A stretch of DNA of 25,563 nt from a virus. A model generated the notes under the pieces. The model ran no database searches and had not been told where the DNA came from. It saw only the letters and a program-made list of their open reading frames with translations. The translations under genes and the position numbers were made by a program. This document shows positions 15,383-23,093 of the stretch, piece after piece (position 1 is the first letter of the stretch; every line of letters starts with the position of its first letter). The stretch covers positions 1 to 25,563 of IMG/VR virus record IMGVR_UViG_3300045988_005808; one strand, written 5' to 3'.

Positions 15383-17962
15383 ATATCAGACGGAACATTA
15401 AAGTTTGATACAAAGATTGATACAAGTGGTCTTGAAAATGGTATTAAATCTGTAAGTGATATATCGAATAAAGCTACAAACGCTATTAAAGATACTTCAA
15501 ATGCGATAGATAAGTTAGGCTCTGATGGTTCAAAAGCACCACCAAAGATCACTGATGAATTAAGAAAGTTAAATGGTGAACAAAAGAATACACAGACAGA
15601 AACTACAGAAACAGGCTCTAAATTTGATGTATTTAAACAAGTAGGAAGTAGTGCGTTAGAATCAATTCAAGGCGGATTTGATGGATTACTAGAGAAGATT
15701 CAGAATATTAGTCCGGAAGCAACTACAATCACTGAAACTTTAACAGGATTAGGCGTAGGAGGTGTTGTAGGCGTTACTGCCGTAGCAGGAGCTATTGGTG
15801 GCATGGCATTGGCTATTAAAACAGGTGTTAACCAAGCCGTTGAGCTAGACGACGCTATGGCTAAGTTTCAAGCTCAAACAGGTGCTTCAAGCAGTGAGAT
15901 GAATAAGTTTAAAAACATTGCTCGTGATGTTTGGTCTAACAATTTCGGTTCAGATGTTTCAGATGTTGCCGATATGATGGGCAGAGTCAAACAACAAATG
16001 CAAGGCATAAGTGATGTTGATTTAAAGAACGTGACCGAGGATTTATTAACTTTAAGAGATACATTCGATATGGATGAGAATGAAACTCTTAGAGGTGCTC
16101 AACAATTAATGAAGCAGTTCGGGATCACTTCTCAAGAAGCTTTCGACCTTATGGCTACAGGTGCTCAGAATGGTTTAAACAAATCGGATGAGTTAGGCGA
16201 CAACATTTCAGAATACTCCGGTAAATTCGCACAAGCAGGATATTCGGCAGATGAATATTTCCAATTAATGCAGAATGGATTAGATGGTGGAGCTTATAAC
16301 CTTGATAAAGTAAATGACGCAATCAACGAAGTTACCACAAGGTTAGTTGATGGAACTATTGAAGGAGCTTTGGATAGTTTTGATACAAAAACACAAGATG
16401 TATTTAAAGCTTGGCAAGAAGGAAGAGCCACTCAGAAAGATGTTGTAAATGCGATTGTAGAAGATATTTCAAAGACTACAAATGAGCAAGAAAAGTTGAA
16501 TAAAGCAAGTATTGCATTCGGTACGATGGGCGAGGACTTCAACGCCGGATTCATTCAGTCATTAACTACCGTAGGTGATAAATATAAAGATGTAGAAGGA
16601 GCAATGGATAAAGTCAAAGAAATTGCAAATGGTGGCTTAAAGAACGCTTTAAGTGGATTAGGGCGTGCATTTCTTGATTCATTTACTCCAATAGGCGAAC
16701 TTATTACCCCTATTCTTGCAGGTATCATCGGATTAATTACAGTAGCCATACAAGGCATTCAACAAGGATTTGCTAAAGTTGGCGATGTAATTTCAAGTGT
16801 ATTAAGTAAGATTGATACAAGTGGAATTACAGAATTGACAAGTCAAGTTTCTAACGTATTAGCTCCTGCGTTTAAAGAAGTTAAAAAAGCTATTGATGAA
16901 ATGAAATCGGCTCTTGAACCTATCGCAAAAGATATATTAAGCAAGATTATTGATGTAATTCAAAACATTGTGAATCAAGCTCAAAAGATTCTAACTGTAG
17001 TAGGACCACCGATACTTTCTGTTTTAAAGAAAATCATTTCAACGGTTTCGGGATTTATGCCTTTAATCACATCTATATTGGCTATTGTCGGAAGTGTTGT
17101 AAGTGGAGTTATTTCATTTATAAATATGGTAGTCACATATATCGGAACGGCAATCGCAACGGCAATGGGATTTATCATGCCTATAGTTCAAATCATTTCT
17201 GCAATCGTAGCAAATATTTGGTCTATTATCTTAACAGTAGCAACAAATATTTGGAGTAAGATTAGCGGAGTAATTACTGCGATTATTGGGTTCGTAAGTA
17301 ATTTATTTAAGACGGTTTCGGACATCATAAACAATATTTGGAGTAAGATTCAAGATACAATGAACAGAGTCAGGGACAAGGTAAAAGGTATCATTGATAA
17401 TATCAATAAAAATTTCAATAATATCAAGTCTACGGTTTCAGATGTATTTAGTGGCATTTGGTCTAAAATTCAAGGGGTAATGGATAAGGTAGGGAATAAA
17501 ATTTCAAATGTTTTACGAGGAATACAAAATTCATGGAATGGTTTAAAAGGGTTTGTGAGTGGCGTATTCGGTGGAATTGAAGGAGCAGTTAATTCATTAG
17601 TTGGAAGTGTAAAGGGAATGGTAAATGGTGTTATCGGTGGCATTAATGGCGCAATCGGTATCATTAATAAGATTCCAGGCGTACATATTGGAAGGATTCC
17701 AAGACTAGAGCGTGGTGGTGTATTGAAGCGTGGTCAAATCGGTTTGTTGGAAGGTAATGGTGCAGAAGCAGTTGTACCATTAGAAAGAAATAAAGCATGG
17801 ATTCGTGCCGTAGCTAAAGATATGGCTCAAATCATGCCTAGTGTAACAACAAATAACAACGGACAGACTATCAACTTCTACAATAAAGCGCAAAGTCCGG
17901 ATGAAATTGCTAGAATGTTGCGAATGCAAGCAAGATATGGATATGGAGGTGTAATTCAATAG
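15383..17962 (+). CDS. Tape measure protein; ATA start
   Basis: The frame is open with no stop from ATA 15383 (checked codon by codon), which is the first codon after an in-frame TGA. It is preceded by AAGGAGG (15365-15371). The N-terminus MSDGTLKFDTKIDTSGLENGIK is TMP-like. The first canonical start (ATG 15803) is 140 codons downstream. Internal hydrophobic and IWSKI repeats. Confidence 0.85.
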   Translation: MSDGTLKFDTKIDTSGLENGIKSVSDISNKATNAIKDTSNAIDKLGSDGSKAPPKITDELRKLNGEQKNTQTETTETGSKFDVFKQVGSSALESIQGGFDGLLEKIQNISPEATTITETLTGLGVGGVVGVTAVAGAIGGMALAIKTGVNQAVELDDAMAKFQAQTGASSSEMNKFKNIARDVWSNNFGSDVSDVADMMGRVKQQMQGISDVDLKNVTEDLLTLRDTFDMDENETLRGAQQLMKQFGITSQEAFDLMATGAQNGLNKSDELGDNISEYSGKFAQAGYSADEYFQLMQNGLDGGAYNLDKVNDAINEVTTRLVDGTIEGALDSFDTKTQDVFKAWQEGRATQKDVVNAIVEDISKTTNEQEKLNKASIAFGTMGEDFNAGFIQSLTTVGDKYKDVEGAMDKVKEIANGGLKNALSGLGRAFLDSFTPIGELITPILAGIIGLITVAIQGIQQGFAKVGDVISSVLSKIDTSGITELTSQVSNVLAPAFKEVKKAIDEMKSALEPIAKDILSKIIDVIQNIVNQAQKILTVVGPPILSVLKKIISTVSGFMPLITSILAIVGSVVSGVISFINMVVTYIGTAIATAMGFIMPIVQIISAIVANIWSIILTVATNIWSKISGVITAIIGFVSNLFKTVSDIINNIWSKIQDTMNRVRDKVKGIIDNINKNFNNIKSTVSDVFSGIWSKIQGVMDKVGNKISNVLRGIQNSWNGLKGFVSGVFGGIEGAVNSLVGSVKGMVNGVIGGINGAIGIINKIPGVHIGRIPRLERGGVLKRGQIGLLEGNGAEAVVPLERNKAWIRAVAKDMAQIMPSVTTNNNGQTINFYNKAQSPDEIARMLRMQARYGYGGVIQ

Positions 17963-18831
17963 ATATTAACAAAGTAAGAGTTATCGTCCGTAGGGATGAT
18001 GGCAAAGAATTTGAAATTGACAATCAAAAAAGATGGAAGATTCCTTCTAGTAGTGGTTTAGATGGATTTGATTATGTAGTGCCTTCATATACAACACAAG
18101 ACAATGCATTCGGAAACGGTGCAAGATTAATCGGTTCACGTATTCCAACGAAAGAAAGAAGCGTGAAAGCTACCTTTAAAGGTTCACTAGAAGAAAAAAG
18201 AGAAGAAAGGGAGAAGCTACGACGCTTCTTCCAATATTCTCATGTGTTTGATGTGATAGTTGAGTATATGGGAGAAAAGAAATATTGCAGAGGTCGTTTA
18301 TATGCGTATAGCTTGCCTACAGTTAACATCTACAAAGATTTAGAGCTTAACTTTACAATTCTATGCACACAACCTTTATTGCTTTCATTTGATGATTTCG
18401 CAAGGAATATCGCAGAAATCGGTGAAGGTTTAGCATTCAACTTTGAAATACCGGAAACAGGTGTGAACTTTGGAACATTTACATTCGCCAGAGAAATCTA
18501 TATTGATAATCAAGGCGATACAGAAACATACTGTAGAGCCGTTATTGAAGTATTTGGAGAGGTGACAAATCCGAAACTATTCAACAAAGATAAATATATT
18601 CGTGTATTAGATACGCTACACAATGGTGATTTATTAGAAATTGATTTAGTTTCTGAGCCTATTTCGATTAAAAAGAATGGTGTGAATTGTATCGGTAAAG
18701 TTGATAGAACATCATCATTCAACGATATGACGATTCAGTTAGGTGAGAATATCATAGGATATACGGCAGACAGTGGAGATACGAACCTAGCTTGCACGGT
18801 TTACTACAATGAAAGGTATTTAGGTTTATAA
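17959..18831 (+). CDS. Distal tail protein (Dit, Sipho_tail-like); ATA start
   Basis: GGAGG (17945-17949) sits 9 nt before ATA 17959, which overlaps the TMP TAG (ATAG). The first canonical start (GTG 18079) is 40 codons downstream without an SD. Confidence 0.75.
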   Translation: MDINKVRVIVRRDDGKEFEIDNQKRWKIPSSSGLDGFDYVVPSYTTQDNAFGNGARLIGSRIPTKERSVKATFKGSLEEKREEREKLRRFFQYSHVFDVIVEYMGEKKYCRGRLYAYSLPTVNIYKDLELNFTILCTQPLLLSFDDFARNIAEIGEGLAFNFEIPETGVNFGTFTFAREIYIDNQGDTETYCRAVIEVFGEVTNPKLFNKDKYIRVLDTLHNGDLLEIDLVSEPISIKKNGVNCIGKVDRTSSFNDMTIQLGENIIGYTADSGDTNLACTVYYNERYLGL

Positions 18832-18832
18832 T

Positions 18833-19846
18833 ATGTCTTATTTTGGATTAGATAAAGATTTCAATATCGTTACACATCTAGTGCCTTATAACGTGCAGTG
18901 GAATCGGCGATATTATGAAACAGGAGATTTCGAGATTTATATTGATATAGGACAGTATTCAAGCGATATTAAATACATTTATTCTACTGAGGATAAAGAG
19001 TTAGGAATCGTTGATATACCACATTATTCGGTTTCAAATAACACGAAACAAATGTTGCTAAAAGGTTCATTTTTTGAAAAGATATTAGCAGATGATTGTA
19101 TTTATCCTGCATTCTCAAGTAGCGGAAAAATTGTTGATGTTGTCAAAAAGCTATTAGACAAGTATTGCTCATGGAAAATGGGGTATAGATATGATGAATC
19201 CATTACCGATAGAGTAGAATTTCAAGAAACAGGAGCAAACCTTGACGAGAAACTTTATGAGCTATTCTATCCGTTAGAATTGTCTTTCCGTATAGAATAT
19301 GACTATGTGTCAAGTACGTTCACATTCGTGTTGTATCGAGGTCGTGACTTGACTCAGAACAATGTAGATGGAAACAACTTTGTCACATTCTCTACAGAGT
19401 TTGGGAACATTGAAGAGCCGGACGTTATGATTGATTCTAGTAAATACAAGAACTATGCAATCATTTGTGGTGAAGGACAGTCAGAAGAGCGTATATACGT
19501 TGAATATGACGCTAGAATAGATAAGAATGAAAGAATCAAAAAGTTGTTCGTAGACGCACGTTCTGAACGTATGGGGGATGATATTACACTTGATGAATAT
19601 AAAAAGGTACTGATTCAAAAAGGAATTGAAAAACTAGCAGATTGTAAGATTAAAGAGAATGTGAATTTCGGGTTGAATACTGATTCATACGAATACAAAG
19701 TTGATTATGATTTAGGTGATAAGGTGGATGTGATTGTTGCGGAGATTGGTTTAGTAATGACGGCGAGAATTAGAAATATATTCGAGGTTATTAAAAATGG
19801 ATACAGAACCTTAGAATTAGAGGTTGATAACTTAAAAATCATGTAA
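18833..19846 (+). CDS. Tail-associated protein, Sipho_Gp37-like (minimal Tal)
   Basis: The N-terminus (VPYNVQWNRRYYETGDFEIYI) resembles the Gp37-like family. Position after Dit. Confidence 0.6.
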   Translation: MSYFGLDKDFNIVTHLVPYNVQWNRRYYETGDFEIYIDIGQYSSDIKYIYSTEDKELGIVDIPHYSVSNNTKQMLLKGSFFEKILADDCIYPAFSSSGKIVDVVKKLLDKYCSWKMGYRYDESITDRVEFQETGANLDEKLYELFYPLELSFRIEYDYVSSTFTFVLYRGRDLTQNNVDGNNFVTFSTEFGNIEEPDVMIDSSKYKNYAIICGEGQSEERIYVEYDARIDKNERIKKLFVDARSERMGDDITLDEYKKVLIQKGIEKLADCKIKENVNFGLNTDSYEYKVDYDLGDKVDVIVAEIGLVMTARIRNIFEVIKNGYRTLELEVDNLKIM

Positions 19847-19858
19847 GGAGTGAATTTA

Positions 19859-20362
19859 ATAGAAAAGAACAATGGAGGATTTAAACAAATAACAAGAAGT
19901 ATGTATTTTCTAGATAAGATTAACGCAATGGGTGGCGTAGCCGTTGCCGTATTAACATATGTTTTAGGTGAACATTGGTATTTATTTGCATTCTTCTTAT
20001 TTATGAATGTAGTGGATTACATTACAGGGTGCATGAAGTCGGCGATTAATCACAAAATCAATAGCAATAAAGGATGGATTGGAGTCCTTAAAAAGCTAGG
20101 CTATTGGATTATGATTGTAGTTGCGTTCACATTCAGTGCATTCTTGGTGGAGATTGGAAAAATGTTAGGAATTGATTTCCATGTAACAACATTATTAGGA
20201 TGGTTCGTATTGGCTTCTTTATGCATTAATGAAGTGCGTAGTATTATTGAGAACCTTGTACAATGTGGATATAGTGTGCCTAGCACATTAACTAAAGGAT
20301 TAGAAGTAGCAGATAAACTCATTAACGAAGAACAAGACAATGACGAATCAAGTACCTTGTGA
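19859..20362 (+). CDS. Holin (phage_holin_4_1 / TcdE-like); SD-favoured ATA start
   Basis: Three or four hydrophobic helices. DYITGCMKS...SNKGWIGVLKKLGYWIMIVVA matches the remembered family motif. The GTG at 19850 is part of the SD (AAGGAGTG). The in-frame ATA at 19859 is 8 nt after it. Confidence 0.75.
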   Translation: MEKNNGGFKQITRSMYFLDKINAMGGVAVAVLTYVLGEHWYLFAFFLFMNVVDYITGCMKSAINHKINSNKGWIGVLKKLGYWIMIVVAFTFSAFLVEIGKMLGIDFHVTTLLGWFVLASLCINEVRSIIENLVQCGYSVPSTLTKGLEVADKLINEEQDNDESSTL

Positions 20363-20471
20363 AGCTTCTTACACAATCACGCTAGGAAATAACAGTGACT
20401 TAGATTTATCTGTTCAGAATGCAAATATCATCATTAAGAAATTAGCGCAGGCGTATCATGCAAGAGGTTAG
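20340..20471 (+). CDS. Possible small ORF (43 aa) overlapping the holin 3' end
   Basis: ATG at 20340 with no SD. Codon pattern looks coding. Uncertain. Confidence 0.3.
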   Translation: MTNQVPCEASYTITLGNNSDLDLSVQNANIIIKKLAQAYHARG

Positions 20472-20628
20472 GAAACGAAATCTAGACCTCTTAATCGAAG
20501 CAATGAGAGGACTAGAAAAAGGATACAATGATTTAGACTTTAGAGTTATGAACCAAGCTTTAGACAATATCAAAGACATTGATACAATACTAGCTATCAG
20601 TGATAAAAAACTCTTTTATGTGCTATAA
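20458..20628 (+). CDS. Small ORF (56 aa) between holin and endolysin
   Basis: MQEVRKRNLDLLIEAMRGLEKGYNDLDFRVMNQALDNIKDIDTILAISDKKLFYVL. Below the track cutoff. Helical and charged. Confidence 0.45.
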   Translation: MQEVRKRNLDLLIEAMRGLEKGYNDLDFRVMNQALDNIKDIDTILAISDKKLFYVL

Positions 20629-20629
20629 T
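20600..20629 (+). promoter_or_regulatory. Sigma-A-type promoter with extended -10 just upstream of the endolysin
   Basis: TGATAA (20600-20605), a 17-nt spacer, then TGcTATAAT (20621-20629). The -10 is bracketed by the inverted repeat ATGTGC/GCACAT. Confidence 0.5.
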
Positions 20630-20655
20630 TGGCACATAAAGGAGGATTTTTTTTA

Positions 20656-21414
20656 ATAAATTATCAAAATTTCAAAAACGCCGTATTAGGCAAAGCTTTC
20701 GATGTTGATGGCTTTTATGGTGCTCAGTGTTGGGACGGATTCGCAAAGTATATGATTGATTTAGGATATAGAGCAATTTATTGTACTACGAGCCAATTTG
20801 CAAAAGACATTTGGAACAATCGAAAAGCAAATGGTATCTTAAACTACTGTAATGAAGTCACAGTTATGCAAGCCGGAGATATTGCAGTATTTAAAGAAGT
20901 AGCATTATGGACTCCATACTCACACGTGGCAATTTTTGACCACGACGCAGGCGGTGGATACGGTTGGTTCTTAGGGCAGAATCAAGGCGGAAAGAATGGA
21001 GCATTTACACTCTGTAAATTGCCATACAGTGCCACTTTCGATACTGCTTTTAGACCTAAATGTTTCGCAAATGTACAAACTGCTAAGCCTAAACCACAAT
21101 CAAAAGAAGCGATTGACCAAATCTTACACGTAGGCAGCTATGTAACATCTGTACAAATGAAGATTGGTAATCAAGGATTGAAGAAGATTAATAACGATAC
21201 TTGCGCCTATTTATCACAATTAGGTGGTTGGTTCCCTTTATCAATGATTACGAAAGTTCGTGGTTCGGACGGATATAATGACAACGTGTTGCACACTACA
21301 AATGCGGTAGTATATGTGGATAGAGTAAGAGTTGACGAAATTAACATTTCAAAGAACCTTGCCAAAATCGGCGGAATTTGGGTAAGTGCTACACCTTTAA
21401 TTGAAGTAGCATAA
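20656..21414 (+). CDS. Endolysin: N-terminal CHAP domain plus C-terminal SH3b-like binding domain; SD-favoured ATA start
   Basis: FDVDGFYGAQCWDGFAKYM (catalytic Cys) and YSHVAIF (His) are CHAP signatures. AAAGGAGGA (20638-20646) sits 9 nt before the in-frame ATA at 20656. The TTG at 20629 lies upstream of the SD. Confidence 0.85.
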   Translation: MNYQNFKNAVLGKAFDVDGFYGAQCWDGFAKYMIDLGYRAIYCTTSQFAKDIWNNRKANGILNYCNEVTVMQAGDIAVFKEVALWTPYSHVAIFDHDAGGGYGWFLGQNQGGKNGAFTLCKLPYSATFDTAFRPKCFANVQTAKPKPQSKEAIDQILHVGSYVTSVQMKIGNQGLKKINNDTCAYLSQLGGWFPLSMITKVRGSDGYNDNVLHTTNAVVYVDRVRVDEINISKNLAKIGGIWVSATPLIEVA

Positions 21415-21466
21415 ATACACACATATTAACGTTAGAATTGTTCAACTATTATTTATTGACTAATTC

Positions 21467-21498
21467 GAGCCTACGCGTTACACGTAGGTTCTTTTTTA
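21467..21498 (+). terminator. Strong intrinsic terminator ending the late operon
   Basis: GAGCCTACG (21467-21475)/CGTAGGTTC (21483-21491) forms a 9-bp stem followed by TTTTTT. Confidence 0.85.
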
Positions 21499-21547
21499 TT
21501 GGCATAGTTTTTGGCATATTTTATATTGAAAATAATATTATAAACGA

Positions 21548-21700
21548 TTACAAGTTATTACAAATTATTATAAAAATAGTAAGTTGAATATACCTGTCTG
21601 ATTTGTGTATGTACAAAAAAAATTACAATTTATGCTTGTAAATGTACACAATATGTTGTATACTATAAATGAAGTTACAAAACATTACAAAATATTACAA
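21548..21700 (+). promoter_or_regulatory. Array of TTACAA operator-like repeats around the early promoter
   Basis: TTACAA at 21548, 21558, 21623, 21675, 21685 and 21695. Two sets have exact 10-bp periodicity. An inverted TTGTAA forms the -35. Confidence 0.5.
21636..21664 (+). promoter_or_regulatory. Early promoter (sigma-A type)
   Basis: TTGTAA (21636-21641), a 17-nt spacer, then TATACT (21659-21664). Sits in an AT-rich intergenic region ahead of the first early gene. Confidence 0.6.
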
Positions 21701-21719
21701 AATATGGAGGACACAAGAA

Positions 21720-22001
21720 ATGACAAACGAAGAAATTATCCAAAATGAAAAAAAGGCACTAGGAATGGGAGAATTTGAACCATTGCACACTTTCCAAAAA
21801 TGGAAAGAAATGGGATTCAAAGTTAAGAAAGGCGAGCATGCAGTAACTTGTACAAAGCTATGGAAACTTAAAGCCAAAAAGTATACAGATACAAACGGAG
21901 AAGAAAAAGTTGAGAACAATTTCTTCTTAACAAAAGCTTACTTATTCAAATTGAATCAAGTTGAGCGAATCAATCAAAATGCAGAACCATTAATGAATTA
22001 G
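21720..22001 (+). CDS. Early protein, possibly ArdC-N-like ssDNA-binding domain
   Basis: ATG after TATGGAGGA. HTFQKWKEMGFKVKKGEHAV...YLFKLNQVE resembles the tFkqW..lG..VkKGek...vF...Q motif of ArdC N-terminal domains. Weak recall. Confidence 0.4.
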   Translation: MTNEEIIQNEKKALGMGEFEPLHTFQKWKEMGFKVKKGEHAVTCTKLWKLKAKKYTDTNGEEKVENNFFLTKAYLFKLNQVERINQNAEPLMN

Positions 22002-22016
22002 AAAGAGGAGCAGGAA

Positions 22017-22070
22017 ATGAAATCATTGTATATAAACAATTCTTATAAAGGGAAATGTTACGAATTATAG
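22017..22070 (+). CDS. 17-aa mini-ORF (leader-peptide-like)
   Basis: ATG after AAGAGGAG. MKSLYINNSYKGKCYEL. Followed by about 145 nt with two hairpins. Confidence 0.3.
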   Translation: MKSLYINNSYKGKCYEL

Positions 22071-22217
22071 CAACCCCATTGAAATATGGTGTGAGCTTAA
22101 AAGAAACAGACAATCGAATTGATGTCAAAGTATGTCGAAACTAGCCAATAGGCTAGTCTGCTAGAGTTGATCTACTAGCACTGATGATGACAGGTCAAAA
22201 AGAAAGAGGGTGAAACA

Positions 22218-22346
22218 ATACTAGACAAAAGAATTTTTGAAGCCTTAAGCGAACTACAAAAGAAAGGCTATGAGCTTTCAGATTTTCGTCAAGGATATAT
22301 CGCTTGTATCTTAGATGAATCGAAAAGAGGTGAGAAACATGACTAA
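22218..22346 (+). CDS. Small hypothetical protein (42 aa); ATA start
   Basis: GAGGGTG (22206-22212) sits 5 nt before ATA 22218. MLDKRIFEALSELQKKGYELSDFRQGYIACILDESKRGEKHD. The stop overlaps the next ATG. No canonical start anywhere in frame, so it is absent from the track. Confidence 0.5.
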   Translation: MLDKRIFEALSELQKKGYELSDFRQGYIACILDESKRGEKHD

Positions 22347-22518
22347 AACATATTTCGTAACCTTCGACGTAACTGCAAATGTTACGTTCGAAGTTGAAGC
22401 GCATGACAGTGTAGAAGCAAAAGAAATTGCTAATCACTTGGATGTTAGAGATTTACAGGAAGTAAATCAAATCAACACTTGCGAATCTAGAATGGAGGTG
22501 TATGAGAGTGATTATTAA
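22339..22518 (+). CDS. Hypothetical early protein
   Basis: ATG at 22339 after GAGGTGAG. The track start at 22315 lacks an SD. Confidence 0.6.
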   Translation: MTKTYFVTFDVTANVTFEVEAHDSVEAKEIANHLDVRDLQEVNQINTCESRMEVYESDY

Positions 22519-22759
22519 TTATAAAGCCTTATTAGATAAAGATGATTTAATCTCATTGTTTGAATGGGATAATTTATCAAAAGGAGGGCAACGAAACAAT
22601 GCAAGTAAAGTTATGAAATCAATCCGTGAGCAATACAAGAAAGACAACGGAATTGATTGGAAAGACACATTCATTTATAAGAATGTATCACAAAATGTAA
22701 TTCCTACAGAAACGTTCTTAAAATGTTGTCCGGAGTTTAGGAAATCATTTAGGAGATAA
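22502..22759 (+). CDS. Hypothetical early protein
   Basis: ORF after GGAGGTG. The start is ATG 22502 or GTG 22508. Confidence 0.6.
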   Translation: MRVIINYKALLDKDDLISLFEWDNLSKGGQRNNASKVMKSIREQYKKDNGIDWKDTFIYKNVSQNVIPTETFLKCCPEFRKSFRR

Positions 22760-22763
22760 GAAA

Positions 22764-22994
22764 ATGCAAGATATAAGAATGAATAGTATTCAAGACGAAG
22801 AAATGGAGTTGAGCATTTATCCATTTAATCCAAGGAGAATACATTTAAGCAAGGAAGAAAAAGAGATACGCAGAGAAAAAAGGTATCAAAAAAGAATCAC
22901 AAATTGCGTAAATGTAATTCTAATTACAACAATCGTGATTCTACTTATTTCAATAGCATGTCTGGGTAAGTCGTGTGCAATGTTATTTCTATAA
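22764..22994 (+). CDS. Small protein with C-terminal transmembrane helix
   Basis: ATG after TAGGAGA. C-terminal VNVILITTIVILLISIACLG. Confidence 0.6.
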   Translation: MQDIRMNSIQDEEMELSIYPFNPRRIHLSKEEKEIRREKRYQKRITNCVNVILITTIVILLISIACLGKSCAMLFL

Positions 22995-23093
22995 AAAGAG
23001 GTGCGCACCCGACAAAAAGTACGCACACACAAGAAATGACGTTCTTAAATTAAGAACATATACATTATAGCAGATTAAAAGGAGAAACGGAAG

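Noticed and set aside
21499-21518. TTGGCATA-n4-TTGGCATA as a sigma-54 (-24/-12) promoter.
   Set aside because: The GG-to-GC spacing is one nucleotide too long, and the -12 element reads TTGGC rather than TTGC.
22068-22145. A 25-codon ORF starting at ATA 22068 (MATPLKYGVSLKETDNRIDVKVCRN), overlapping the mini-ORF stop as ATAG.
   Set aside because: No convincing SD at proper spacing, and the ORF is very short. It shares the ATAGCA context, but the evidence is insufficient to call it a gene.
22139-22156. The ACTAGCC...GGCTAGT hairpin as a second tRNA fragment or T-box-like specifier, because it shares ACTAGCC and GCTAGAG strings with the tRNA anticodon arm.
   Set aside because: The similarity is only 7 nt, the loop is 4 nt, and none of the conserved T-box elements is visible. 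It is kept only as a low-interest note.
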